Assembly (NCBI GenBank): GCA_945868485.1
Contig: CAMBLS010000001.1
Span: forward strand, 1-48,207
DNA: 48,207 bases
Reading direction: 5' to 3'
From: an uncultured Lachnospiraceae bacterium
GTDB lineage: Bacteria; Bacillota; Clostridia; Lachnospirales; Lachnospiraceae
A program made the position numbers and the translations under genes. Position 1 is the stretch's first letter; every line of letters starts with the position of its first letter. Shown piece by piece: positions 27,801-36,790 of this stretch. Below the pieces are notes generated by a model, which did not search any database, was not told where the DNA came from, and was given only the letters and a program-made list of their open reading frames with translations.

Positions 27801-30800
27801 GGACAGCTTCAATGCCAATGAATGTGATTATGAACGGACGGATATGGTAACACTTTTCAGGCGTATGGCAAAGGAGTATCCTGACAATCCTGCAGTGGTT
27901 TATCTGGATAAGAAGCTGACTTACAGGCAGACCGATGAAATTACCGAGAGGATTGGAGCCTACATCAAAAAGCTTGGAATTGGCAGGGAAGATGTGGTAT
28001 CCGTGCTGATTCCCAGATGCGAGTATATGGTGCTTGCATCTATGGGCGTGCTGAAATCCGGCGCTGCCTATCAGCCATTAGATCCTTCTTATCCCCCGGA
28101 GAGACTGGGATTTATGATACAGGATGCCGGCGCGAAGCTTTTGATTGCCGACAGAAATCTGATGGAATGTGTACCTGATTACGATGGTCCGGTGCTGTAC
28201 CTTGATGAGATTCCGGCACTTCCCGAGTGTGATAGGATTAATGAAAATCCAAAACCTGAGGATTTATTAATACTCTTGTATACATCAGGTTCTACAGGAA
28301 CGCCAAAGGGTGTAATGCTGGAACATGGCAACCTGTGTGCATTTTGCAGCTGGTATCGGAGATACTATGACCTGACACCGGAATCACGGGTGGCAGCTTA
28401 TGCAAGCTACGGTTTCGATGCGGATATGATGGATCTGTATCCGGCGCTGACTTCCGGTGCGGCAGTACATATTATTTCAGAAGAAATTCGATTAGATTTT
28501 CAGAAAATAGAGAGATATTTTGAGACAAACCAGATTACCCATGCCTTTATGACCACACAGGTGGGTAGACAGTTTGCAGATTATTATCATGGAAAATCCT
28601 TAAAGCATCTATCCGTAGGTGGAGAGAAGCTGGCTCCGATATTCCCGGAGAATAAGAGCTTTACGCTCTATAACATCTATGGTCCCACGGAGTGTACCAT
28701 ATGTGTAACAACAATACCGGTGCTGAAAAAATATGGGCGTATACCGATTGGAAAGGCGCTTGACAATGTGAAACTTTATGTGGTGGATAAAGACGGGCGG
28801 AGACTTCCTCCCTATGTGCCCGGCGAATTATGGATTGCCGGTCATCGGGTAGGAAGAGGATATTTGAACCGCCCTGAGAAAACCAGTGAAAGCTTTATTG
28901 ATAATCCGTTTACCGCAGAGATGGGTTATGAGAAGGTTTACCGTACCGGCGACATTGTGCGTTTTCTTCCGGATGGAAACATTGATTTCGTGGGAAGAAA
29001 TGATGGTCAGGTCAAGATCAGAGGATTCCGTATCGAGCTTACGGAAGTGGAAGAAATCATCAGGAGGTTCCCGGGAATTCAGGATGTGACGGTACAGGCT
29101 TTTGATGAGAAGAGCGGAGGAAAATATATTGCGGCATATATTGTAGCAGAGGAAGAGATTGATATCAGCCGTCTGAACGCTTTTATTGCAGAGAACAAGC
29201 CGCCTTATATGGTGCCCGCAGCCACCATGCAGATTGATAAGATCCCGATGAACCAGAATCAGAAGGTCAACAGGCGTGCACTTCCGGAGCCGGTGTTCCA
29301 GACGCAGGTTCCCACGGAAGAGATATCCCGTCCACAGACAAGGCTTGAGGAAAAAATTATTGAGAGCGTAAAAGCTGTTGTGGGAGATATTGAAATTGGA
29401 GTAACCACAAGTCTTATCAATTATGGATTAACCTCCATCAATGCCATTGGTCTGGTATCAAAGCTTTCGGATCAGTTCCGTGTAGAACTTCCGGTTATGA
29501 AGATTTTAGACGGTGCAAGTGTCCTTGATATTGAAAATATGATTTTTGAATCCTGGATGGAAAGCGGCATGAAGGGAAGGAATGGCGCTTCTATGGAGGA
29601 GAGCGCTAAAGGCAGCCTGCAGGATACCTATCCGCTCACTTCGGTACAGCTGGGCGTGTATTATGATGCCATGAAGAAAGAGGCAGACATCCTTTACAAT
29701 ATTCCCATGGGCTTTGCATTCGAGGATATTTCAGTGGAGAAGCTGACGGAAGCAGTGAAGGCTACCGTTGCGGCACATTCGTATATTAATACGCATATTG
29801 GACTTCGGGAGGGAGCTTTGGTTCAGATTCGCAATGACCAGCTTGAGACCGATGTGCCTTATATTGAGATGAGTGAGGAGGAGTTCGAGGAATATAAGTC
29901 CGCTTTCATCCGTCCTTTTAATCTGCAGACGGGACCGCTTTACCGCTTTGAAATCGTTAAAACAGAAAAAAAGACTTATTTGCTGTGGGATATCCATCAT
30001 CTGGTTTTCGACGGCTTTTCAAGCGGAGTGCTCTTAAGAGATATCGGAAGAGCCTATAGCGGAGAGAAGCTTGAACCGGAGAACTATACCTATTTTGATT
30101 ATGCGCAGAATGAGGAGAAAGAAAAGGATTCGGAGGAATATAGGGAAGCCGGCGAATATTTTGAACAGATGTTTAAAAGCTTTGAATCAGTCAGTGAAAT
30201 TCCCGGGAATAAGGCTGGAAACATAGAAGAAGGTATCTTAGGGGAGGTATTCAGAAGCATTCCCAAGAACCCTGTAGACAATTTCTGTAAGGAGGCTCAG
30301 GTAACGCCATCCTCATATTTCCTTGCAGCGACCTTCTATACAGTATCCAGATTTGCAAATTCCAGGCAGGTATATCTTTCTACCATTGATTCCGGAAGAA
30401 GCAGTGTAAAGACAGTATCCTGTCTTGGTATGTTTGTGCATACTCTGCCTCTATTCATGAATTTTGAAGAAAACCTTTCGGTAGGCGAGCTGGTGAAACG
30501 CTCTAATGAAGTGATGCGAAACAGTATCAAAAACGAGGGCTATCCTTTTGCAGAGATTGCTACCAAATACGGCTACCATACGGATATTATGTATGAATGT
30601 CAGTTAGGGGTAACCAATGCGGAAGGCAGCTTAGGGGGAGTTCCGTATGAGAGTGTCAGGATGAAGCTTGAGGCACCGAAGTTTAAAATCACGATAGCCA
30701 TTTATGAAAATGACAGTGATTATGTGCTTTCAGTCCGCTATAATAACGCATTATATACGGAAGAATATATGAATGTGCTTTTGGATTCCCTTACCACCGT

Positions 30801-33800
30801 ATCGGAGAGGATGCTGTCTGATAAAGATGCAATGGTAAATAGGATTTCCCTTATGAGTGCTAAAGAGAAAGAGCGTGTGGAAGGCTTTGGACAAATTAAA
30901 AAATGTGACTTGCCCTACAAACTTCTGCATAAGGCGTTTGAAGCTGCAGCGGATCAGTATCCTGACAGGGAGGCATTGGTCGCATATGACAGAACCTTGA
31001 CCTTCCGGGAATTAAATGAGATGTCCAATAGGATTGCATGGAATCTGCTGGACAAAGGAATTAAACGCGGAGACAGCATAGTACTTCTGTTGCCCAGACG
31101 AAGCTTCTATTTTGGGGCTGTTTTTGGTGTCCTTAAAACAGGAGCAGCGTTTATCCCCTGTGATCCTGAATACCCGACAGAACGAATTAACCACATTACG
31201 TTGGATGGGGATGCCAGATATCTGATTACTACCGATGAACATATGGCAGAATATCCGGCGGATCAAGTGCTGAATATTGATGAATTGCTGACAGGAGAAA
31301 GGAAGGAAAACCCGGATGTTGATGTTTCTCCTGAGGATCTTGCTTATATGATTTATACCTCCGGCTCCACCGGAAAGCCCAAGGGTGTGGAGCTGAGGCA
31401 CATAGGCATTTGTAATTATATTCATGCGGATGAGAGCAATCTGCTTTATAATTATGTGGCAAATAAGATGGAAAAAATTGTTTCTGTTACCACCATATCC
31501 TTTGATATGTCCTTTAAGGATACCGTGGGAATTCTCTGCAACGGCAAAACGGTGGTATTTACCAATGAAGAGCAGATGAATGATCCGAGAGCACTGTCGG
31601 AGATTTTACGAATCAGCGGTGCAGACGCTTTCAGCGCAACACCTTCCAGAATGCTGCAATACATGGAATATGAGCCTTTTATGGAAGAAGTATCCAAATG
31701 TAAGCTTGTCATTTGTGGAGGCGAGGCGTATCCAAAGACATTGCTTACCAGACTTCGCAAGCTGGGTGTGCCGAATATTTTTAATTCTTACGGGCCAACA
31801 GAGATTACGGTTTCCTCCAATATGGCAGACCTTACGAATGCAGAGCATATTACGGTAGGACGTCCATTACCGAATTATCAGGAATATATTGTGGATGCCG
31901 ATGGAAATCCTGTGCCCCACGATGTGATCGGGGAGCTTGTCATCGGTGGTCCCGGAGTAGCAAGGGGATACCACAAGCTGCCTGAACTTACTGCCAAAAA
32001 TTTTGTGGAATATAATGGTGAGAGAGTGTACCGTTCCGGTGATTATGCGAGATGGGATGCCGATGGTAATGTGGAAATCTTAGGGCGTCTGGACAACCAG
32101 ATTAAGCTTCGTGGACTGAGAATTGAGCTTGGAGAGATTGAAGGACTGATTGAGAAGCAGCCGGATATTAAGAAAGCTGTAGTGGTAATCCGAAAGCTTT
32201 CCGGACAGGATAATCTCTGTGCATATTTCACGGCGGATAAACCAATCGATATTACAGAGCTTAAGGAGGAACTGAAGAAGCACCTTACCCACTATATGGT
32301 ACCAACAGCTTATCTTCAGTTGGAAACAATACCTGTAACCCCCAGCGGCAAGACGGATACCAAGGCTTTGCCGGAACCTGTGGCAGCGGAACGGGGAGAA
32401 TATGTAGCACCTGTGAATGAGATAGAGGAATATTTCTGTGAGGTATTCCAAAAAGTGCTTAAAGTGGATAAGATCGGTGCCGAAGATGATTTCTTCCAGT
32501 CGGGAGGAACATCCCTTAGTGTGACCAGTGTGGTCATTGATGCATCGGAGCATGGGTATGTTTTAAACTACGGAGATGTGTTTAAGCATACAACGCCCAG
32601 AGCTTTGGCAAAGCTCTTCCAGGAAAATGTGAATGAGGAAATGGTGCCCGGTACCGAAACTCTGGAAAAGTATGACTATACTAAGATTAATGAACTACTT
32701 GAAAAGAATACTTTGTCTGCGTTCAGAAGCGGACAGAGCCGGGAGATTGGAAACATTCTTCTTACCGGAGCCACCGGATATATGGGAATTCATGTACTGG
32801 CAGAATATTTAAGAAGTGAAACCGGAAAGGCATATTGTCTTGTGAGGAAGGGCAAATTTGAAAGTGCAAAGAAGCGTCTTTTCAATACGCTGTTCTACTA
32901 CTTTGACGAAGAATTTAGTGAGGTCATTGACAAACGGATAGAAGCCTTTGACGGGGATGTAACAAATTATGAAAGCTTTGAACAGCTGAAGGAATTTCAA
33001 ATTGATACGGTGTTTAACTGTGCTGCAAGTGTAAAGCACTTCTCAAAAGGAACAGATATTGAGGACATTAATGTGGGCGGTGCAAGGAACTGTGTCCGCT
33101 TCTGTGAGGAAACCGGTGCAAGACTGATTCATTTCTCTACCACCAGCGTTGCAGGAGCATTGCCTCTCTCATCAAAGTCTGATATCAAAGCTCTGGATGA
33201 GAGGAGTCTGTACTTTGGGCAGCGTTTGGATAATCAGTACACCTATTCCAAGATACTGTCTGAGAGAGAGGTGTTGGAAGCAGTTGCCAAGAGAGGTCTG
33301 GATGGCAAGGTCATCCGTGTAGGTACACTGGCAGCAAGAGAGTCGGACGGAGAATTTCAGATGAACTTCCTGACCAACAGCTTTATGGGAAGGCTGCGCT
33401 CTTATATGGTATTAAAATGTTTCCCGTATTTCATGATGAACCAGCCATTGAGAATGGGACCAATCGATGTGAGTGCAAAGGCATTTATGCTTCTGGCAAA
33501 GACCCCGAAGGAGTGTACAGTATTTAACGCAATCAACAATCATTCCATTCCTACGGTGTCCGTCATTCGGGTTATGCAAAAGAGTGGCATGGATATCAGC
33601 CTTGTGGAGGATGAACAGTTCCATGAGGCACTTCTGGAAGCCGAGAAGGACCCTAAGAAGGCAGCCATCCTGCAGAGTATGTTGGCATACATCAATGTAA
33701 ATGGTGGTACTTCTGTAATACCGGTACAGGCAAGCTGTGAATATACCACCCAGGTGTTGGCAAGAATGGGCTTTTTCTGGAATGAAACAGGAGAAGAATA

Positions 33801-33867
33801 TGTTCATAGGTTCATTGATGCTTTGGCAGGACTGGGATTTTTTGATGAGACAAACCTGAACAGATAG
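24865..33867 (+). CDS. Non-ribosomal peptide synthetase, A-T-C-A-T-C-A-T-R (terminal thioester reductase)
   Basis: Three YTSG(T/S)TG.PKG A domains; T serines GGDS (~26380), GLTS (~29434), GGTS (~32512); C motifs HHIAFDG (~26905) and HHLVFDG (~29995); R domain TGATGYMG and YTYSK. GAGGAGG RBS. Confidence 0.95.
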   Translation: MILFNQRMDENYARYSDLTILYDENSSEGLTYGQLNDLSGRVYHFLKANHIGKEDFVLIRLPRGIQAVVAMIGVMKSGAAFVLGEEGMPLERLEYIRRDCNCKFEFHADNWAEIMKEPFLEGHENPDKHDAAFAIYTSGTTGNPKGVLHEYGNIDRDLIAQRAVDMPFAEGKESVAIITPLYFIAAVSSFVSRLYTGYVTYILSYSTIKNSAALRSFFEEKHITSAFLSPSYVRAFGRELTSVLKTLSVGSEPVNNLYIEGLNMVNTYSMSECGFLICMFPIDKPYENCPVGKPLFDLKLKLVDEDGREVADGESGELCVEDPYVRGYMNLPEQTAKVFVDGFFHTGDIARKDENGNYVLLGRNNDMIKINGNRIEPAEIEAAVRDVAGLSWVAAKGFVEEGHAYICAYYTEDVTIDANEIRKALANRLPYYMIPAYFIKLDEVPLNQNGKLDRRRLKSPDSAAFHREYVAPSTETEKILCVGMEKALELQQVGVNDDFFMIGGDSIKAIKLAGDCKEIGVTVDMIFQGRTPGEIAVLLEKNKTPKHTVRGEKRTDGYSPLTPSECGMYLEQKMEPESTEYNLNIGIVISGASQEAVENSLRTILKSHEAFHSYYGEENGVPMRILTDTMPEILWKDAGSKEEVQHIVNTYAVPFDLSKVPLNITAYRIPEGQIIIHFAIHHIAFDGGSTSVLAEELYQLLTGEAIDTAGLDLSDLSGIDRTEEYEEGRRYYREMFEDGVPVNEMPVKGIRPKMHPATDSMISFILEKEGLEVIETAAKRMKMTLFEFLFAAISMVLGKYCGSEDVVIGIPSNMRDQDSRNVIGMFVNTAPIRVKPERSKDLEAYLEEVSASIRAVTRGSYLPFSEVVREFVQERDTSRSPIFDVIVNYLPPVEPRRKGEICVDFFAPLQQIKRDMVITMHKGAEQLEFHLQYSKELFDDSLINHFVQQIRHTLTLMSSQDHGMVGKMLALPKEQEILLDSFNANECDYERTDMVTLFRRMAKEYPDNPAVVYLDKKLTYRQTDEITERIGAYIKKLGIGREDVVSVLIPRCEYMVLASMGVLKSGAAYQPLDPSYPPERLGFMIQDAGAKLLIADRNLMECVPDYDGPVLYLDEIPALPECDRINENPKPEDLLILLYTSGSTGTPKGVMLEHGNLCAFCSWYRRYYDLTPESRVAAYASYGFDADMMDLYPALTSGAAVHIISEEIRLDFQKIERYFETNQITHAFMTTQVGRQFADYYHGKSLKHLSVGGEKLAPIFPENKSFTLYNIYGPTECTICVTTIPVLKKYGRIPIGKALDNVKLYVVDKDGRRLPPYVPGELWIAGHRVGRGYLNRPEKTSESFIDNPFTAEMGYEKVYRTGDIVRFLPDGNIDFVGRNDGQVKIRGFRIELTEVEEIIRRFPGIQDVTVQAFDEKSGGKYIAAYIVAEEEIDISRLNAFIAENKPPYMVPAATMQIDKIPMNQNQKVNRRALPEPVFQTQVPTEEISRPQTRLEEKIIESVKAVVGDIEIGVTTSLINYGLTSINAIGLVSKLSDQFRVELPVMKILDGASVLDIENMIFESWMESGMKGRNGASMEESAKGSLQDTYPLTSVQLGVYYDAMKKEADILYNIPMGFAFEDISVEKLTEAVKATVAAHSYINTHIGLREGALVQIRNDQLETDVPYIEMSEEEFEEYKSAFIRPFNLQTGPLYRFEIVKTEKKTYLLWDIHHLVFDGFSSGVLLRDIGRAYSGEKLEPENYTYFDYAQNEEKEKDSEEYREAGEYFEQMFKSFESVSEIPGNKAGNIEEGILGEVFRSIPKNPVDNFCKEAQVTPSSYFLAATFYTVSRFANSRQVYLSTIDSGRSSVKTVSCLGMFVHTLPLFMNFEENLSVGELVKRSNEVMRNSIKNEGYPFAEIATKYGYHTDIMYECQLGVTNAEGSLGGVPYESVRMKLEAPKFKITIAIYENDSDYVLSVRYNNALYTEEYMNVLLDSLTTVSERMLSDKDAMVNRISLMSAKEKERVEGFGQIKKCDLPYKLLHKAFEAAADQYPDREALVAYDRTLTFRELNEMSNRIAWNLLDKGIKRGDSIVLLLPRRSFYFGAVFGVLKTGAAFIPCDPEYPTERINHITLDGDARYLITTDEHMAEYPADQVLNIDELLTGERKENPDVDVSPEDLAYMIYTSGSTGKPKGVELRHIGICNYIHADESNLLYNYVANKMEKIVSVTTISFDMSFKDTVGILCNGKTVVFTNEEQMNDPRALSEILRISGADAFSATPSRMLQYMEYEPFMEEVSKCKLVICGGEAYPKTLLTRLRKLGVPNIFNSYGPTEITVSSNMADLTNAEHITVGRPLPNYQEYIVDADGNPVPHDVIGELVIGGPGVARGYHKLPELTAKNFVEYNGERVYRSGDYARWDADGNVEILGRLDNQIKLRGLRIELGEIEGLIEKQPDIKKAVVVIRKLSGQDNLCAYFTADKPIDITELKEELKKHLTHYMVPTAYLQLETIPVTPSGKTDTKALPEPVAAERGEYVAPVNEIEEYFCEVFQKVLKVDKIGAEDDFFQSGGTSLSVTSVVIDASEHGYVLNYGDVFKHTTPRALAKLFQENVNEEMVPGTETLEKYDYTKINELLEKNTLSAFRSGQSREIGNILLTGATGYMGIHVLAEYLRSETGKAYCLVRKGKFESAKKRLFNTLFYYFDEEFSEVIDKRIEAFDGDVTNYESFEQLKEFQIDTVFNCAASVKHFSKGTDIEDINVGGARNCVRFCEETGARLIHFSTTSVAGALPLSSKSDIKALDERSLYFGQRLDNQYTYSKILSEREVLEAVAKRGLDGKVIRVGTLAARESDGEFQMNFLTNSFMGRLRSYMVLKCFPYFMMNQPLRMGPIDVSAKAFMLLAKTPKECTVFNAINNHSIPTVSVIRVMQKSGMDISLVEDEQFHEALLEAEKDPKKAAILQSMLAYINVNGGTSVIPVQASCEYTTQVLARMGFFWNETGEEYVHRFIDALAGLGFFDETNLNR

Positions 33868-33922
33868 GGCATCAGCAATAAAGCATCGCAACAACATTAG
33901 ATAAAAAAGAATATAAAATCTA

Positions 33923-33991
33923 TTGACAAAGTAATATTATATGCCATATAGTATGTGTAACGAAAACAATACTATATGGCATATAATATTA
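33923..33991 (+). promoter_or_regulatory. padR promoter with a perfect 23-bp inverted repeat (two operator copies)
   Basis: TTGACA(33923)-18 nt-TATAGT; TAATATTATATGCCATATAGTAT (33932-33954) and its exact reverse complement (33969-33991). Confidence 0.8.
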
Positions 33992-34022
33992 TAGAGGAAA
34001 ATTGGAGGAAAGGAGAAGCAGT

Positions 34023-34349
34023 ATGGTTTTTAATACAGGAGCGGCACTTCTAGATGCGATTGTACTGGCAGTTGTGTCCAGAGAGGCATCAGGTGCATAT
34101 GGATATAAAATTACCCAGGATGTTCGGCAGGTCATTGAATTGTCAGAATCCACGTTATATCCGGTGCTGAGAAGATTGCAGAAGGATGAGTGTCTTGAGG
34201 TATATGATCAGGAATGTGCAGGACGAAACCGCAGATATTATAAGACAACCGAAAAGGGACGACTTCAGTTAAATCTTTATGAAAGTGAATGGAGAAAATA
34301 CTCTGCAAAGATTAACAGTATATTCGAGGGAGGAATGAACAATGAGTAG
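34023..34349 (+). CDS. PadR family transcriptional regulator
   Basis: YGYKI, SESTLYPVLRRL and GRNRRYY motifs; AAGGAG RBS favours ATG 34023. Confidence 0.92.
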   Translation: MVFNTGAALLDAIVLAVVSREASGAYGYKITQDVRQVIELSESTLYPVLRRLQKDECLEVYDQECAGRNRRYYKTTEKGRLQLNLYESEWRKYSAKINSIFEGGMNNE

Positions 34350-35064
34350 ATGGGAATTTATGAGGCAGTTGGAAGAGCTGCTTTCAGATATTTCGCCAAG
34401 TGAACGTGAGGAAGCACTTCAATATTACAATGACTATTTTAATGATGCCGGAAGGGAAAATGAGCAGGAGGTAATAAAAGCGCTGGGTTCTCCTGAACAG
34501 GTTGCGGCAATCGTTAAGGAAGGGCTTAGTGAAAACAGTAGCTGTGGGGAGTTTACGGAGAATGGATTTACTGAAGGAAATGCATCGGCGCAAAATGCCA
34601 TTATAAAGAGAAATGTTGAAGGGTCGAATGAGGAAAAACAGAAAGGTTCCGAACAGACCGCACAGAAACATACAGAAGAAAAGAAAAACAGCATGCCCAC
34701 ATGGGCAATTGTACTGATAGTGATTGGCTGTGTTTTCTTATCACCGGTAATCTTAGGTCTTGTATGTGCCGCACTGGGCGTTTTGATTGGCATAGTGGCA
34801 TCTATATTTGGAGTGATTTTGGGAATTGGTCTTGCCATGGTTATTTTGTATATCGTAGCTATTGCACTTGTGATTGGAGGCTTCGGCTCCATTCTGGCAC
34901 ATCCCATCGCAGGAGTAGGTCTGATTGGAGGCGGTTGTATCTGTGCAGCATTGGGAATTTTGTTTATGCTGTTAGAGGTGCTCTTGGTTGGAAAATGCAT
35001 TCCAGGTATTTTTGAAGGAATTGGTTATATATTCAAGAAGCTTTTCGGGAAGAAGGGGGTGTAA
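34342..35064 (+). CDS. DUF1700 (HAAS-type) membrane protein
   Basis: EREEALQYYNDYF.DAG..E..VI..LGSP N-terminus plus C-terminal TM helices; overlaps the padR stop. Confidence 0.85.
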   Translation: MSRWEFMRQLEELLSDISPSEREEALQYYNDYFNDAGRENEQEVIKALGSPEQVAAIVKEGLSENSSCGEFTENGFTEGNASAQNAIIKRNVEGSNEEKQKGSEQTAQKHTEEKKNSMPTWAIVLIVIGCVFLSPVILGLVCAALGVLIGIVASIFGVILGIGLAMVILYIVAIALVIGGFGSILAHPIAGVGLIGGGCICAALGILFMLLEVLLVGKCIPGIFEGIGYIFKKLFGKKGV

Positions 35065-35067
35065 GGA

Positions 35068-36048
35068 ATGAAAAAATTTGTAAAAATCAGTCTCATTACA
35101 GCAGGGATTTTGGCAGCGCTTGGGTGCATATGCTGTATGATTAGTGTACTGGCAGGTGGGAAAAGCCTGATTTACTGGGTAAACAATGATGAACGTTTGC
35201 AGGCACAGCTGGAAGAGACAGGAAATGCAGTAGAAAATGCGATTGAAAATATTAGTGATGGTAAACTACATCTGGTATTCAAGGATAATAAGGTTTCAGT
35301 AGGAAATGATGAATATGCACAGATGGTACAGATAAATGAAGATAGGAGCTATTCGGCACAGGATGTGAAACGCCTGAATCTGGTATTAGGCGCAGGTGTT
35401 TTTACAGTAAAGGAGAAAGAGGTATCTGACGGTAACATTGAAATCCATGTGCAGGGAGTAGGAGAATGTGAAACCTTTGTCAAAGACCAGACCCTGTATG
35501 TAGAAGGATTTCAGGGAATTGACATTGCGGTGTTTGGACATACAGAGTTTAAAAATGAGATTACCATTGAAATTCCGGCAAACATGACATTTGAAGAAGT
35601 CAATGTGGAGGTGGGTGCCGGAATAATGGATATCTCATCCTTAGAAGCAAGGGAGCTGGATGCTCAGATCGGTGCAGGAGAATTAAGGCTAAACAATATT
35701 GTGGCAGGCGAGCTTTCTGCGGAAATAGGGGCAGGGCGCATGGATGCTCAAAATGTAACAGCACAGGAGGCTGAGTTTAGTGTGAGCATGGGAGAATGCA
35801 TCTACAATGGCATCATAAAAAGAGAGCTTGATGCAGAATGTGATATGGGTAACATGGAGCTAATGCTGGAGGGCAACAGGGAGGATTACAATTATGAGAT
35901 TGAATGCTCCGCAGGAAATATTGAGGTGGACAAATCCTCGTGGCATGCACTTGGAATGGAGAAATCTATCAACAACGGTGCCGCAGGAACTATTGATTTG
36001 ACCTGCAATATGGGAAATATTACTGTCTCATTCAGCAATGGGAAATAG
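35068..36048 (+). CDS. DUF4097 beta-strand repeat protein, membrane anchored
   Basis: N-terminal TM followed by repeated (V/I)GAG, SMG, DMG, SAG and NMG beta turns. Confidence 0.8.
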   Translation: MKKFVKISLITAGILAALGCICCMISVLAGGKSLIYWVNNDERLQAQLEETGNAVENAIENISDGKLHLVFKDNKVSVGNDEYAQMVQINEDRSYSAQDVKRLNLVLGAGVFTVKEKEVSDGNIEIHVQGVGECETFVKDQTLYVEGFQGIDIAVFGHTEFKNEITIEIPANMTFEEVNVEVGAGIMDISSLEARELDAQIGAGELRLNNIVAGELSAEIGAGRMDAQNVTAQEAEFSVSMGECIYNGIIKRELDAECDMGNMELMLEGNREDYNYEIECSAGNIEVDKSSWHALGMEKSINNGAAGTIDLTCNMGNITVSFSNGK

Positions 36049-36066
36049 TACCCGAAAGGAGGAAAA

Positions 36067-36345
36067 ATGATTACATTTATTTTATTATTAATTGCGATGA
36101 CAATTGTACTTGGAGTATTGGTATTATGTTTTCATTTGATTGGCGGCGTACTGGGAATTGGCTTTCATGTGGTTGGCGGGGTATTGAAGCTGGTGTTTAA
36201 GCTGTTAATCTGCCTGCCCTGTGCATTGATTTGCGCCCTGGCAGGACTGGTGTTGTGTTGTACATCGATTTTAATTCCTTTGGGGCTGGCGTGCTTTAAA
36301 GCAGCAGGGGGATTGCTAAATCCTTTCAGGTGCTGCGCAATATAG
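36067..36345 (+). CDS. Small hydrophobic membrane protein with a YccF-like C-terminal half
   Basis: AAGGAGG RBS; GLVLCCTSILIPLGLACFKAA..LLNPF resembles the YccF repeat. Confidence 0.6.
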   Translation: MITFILLLIAMTIVLGVLVLCFHLIGGVLGIGFHVVGGVLKLVFKLLICLPCALICALAGLVLCCTSILIPLGLACFKAAGGLLNPFRCCAI

Positions 36346-36355
36346 AGATTTATTA

Positions 36356-36386
36356 CAAAGAGGCGGCAGGGAGTGCCGCCTCTTTG
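36356..36386. terminator. Bidirectional intrinsic terminator
   Basis: CAAAGAGGCGGCA / TGCCGCCTCTTTG perfect stem between convergent genes. Confidence 0.9.
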
Positions 36387-36396
36387 AATGTAAAGA

Positions 36397-36789
36397 TTAA
36401 TCTTGGGGTTTGAATAACCGGAATATACGCTTTCGCAAATGCCAGAAGCATAACAGTATTAAGAAGATATACATGGCAATATAGATACTTGAATATGTAT
36501 TTACTGTTATCATTTTTCTATCCTGATATATCAAGTAGATGATTGGAAAGACAAGCGTTAATCCATGATAGGTTTTCATAATATAATGATAATAGTAAAT
36601 GGAAAAGAAAGCACATGTTACTCCAATCAGTATACCTATTATGGTCGAAGCTTGTTTTAAGACCTGCCATTCGAAGGTATCAGAAAATGTTTGATTGGCT
36701 GCTTTGCTTAAATAGGGAAGCAGGAGACAGTTGATTGCAGGAAGTATGATAAAAGAAAGAAAATAGTAAATGCCGGTTTTTAATTTCAT
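36397..36789 (-). CDS. Hypothetical ~130-aa membrane protein, about 4 TM segments (immunity-like)
   Basis: Four hydrophobic stretches and a basic C-tail; ATG 36789 (MKLKTG) lies 1 nt after the upstream stop, suggesting translational coupling. Confidence 0.7.
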   Translation of the reverse strand: MKLKTGIYYFLSFIILPAINCLLLPYLSKAANQTFSDTFEWQVLKQASTIIGILIGVTCAFFSIYYYHYIMKTYHGLTLVFPIIYLIYQDRKMITVNTYSSIYIAMYIFLILLCFWHLRKRIFRLFKPQD

Positions 36790-36790
36790 T

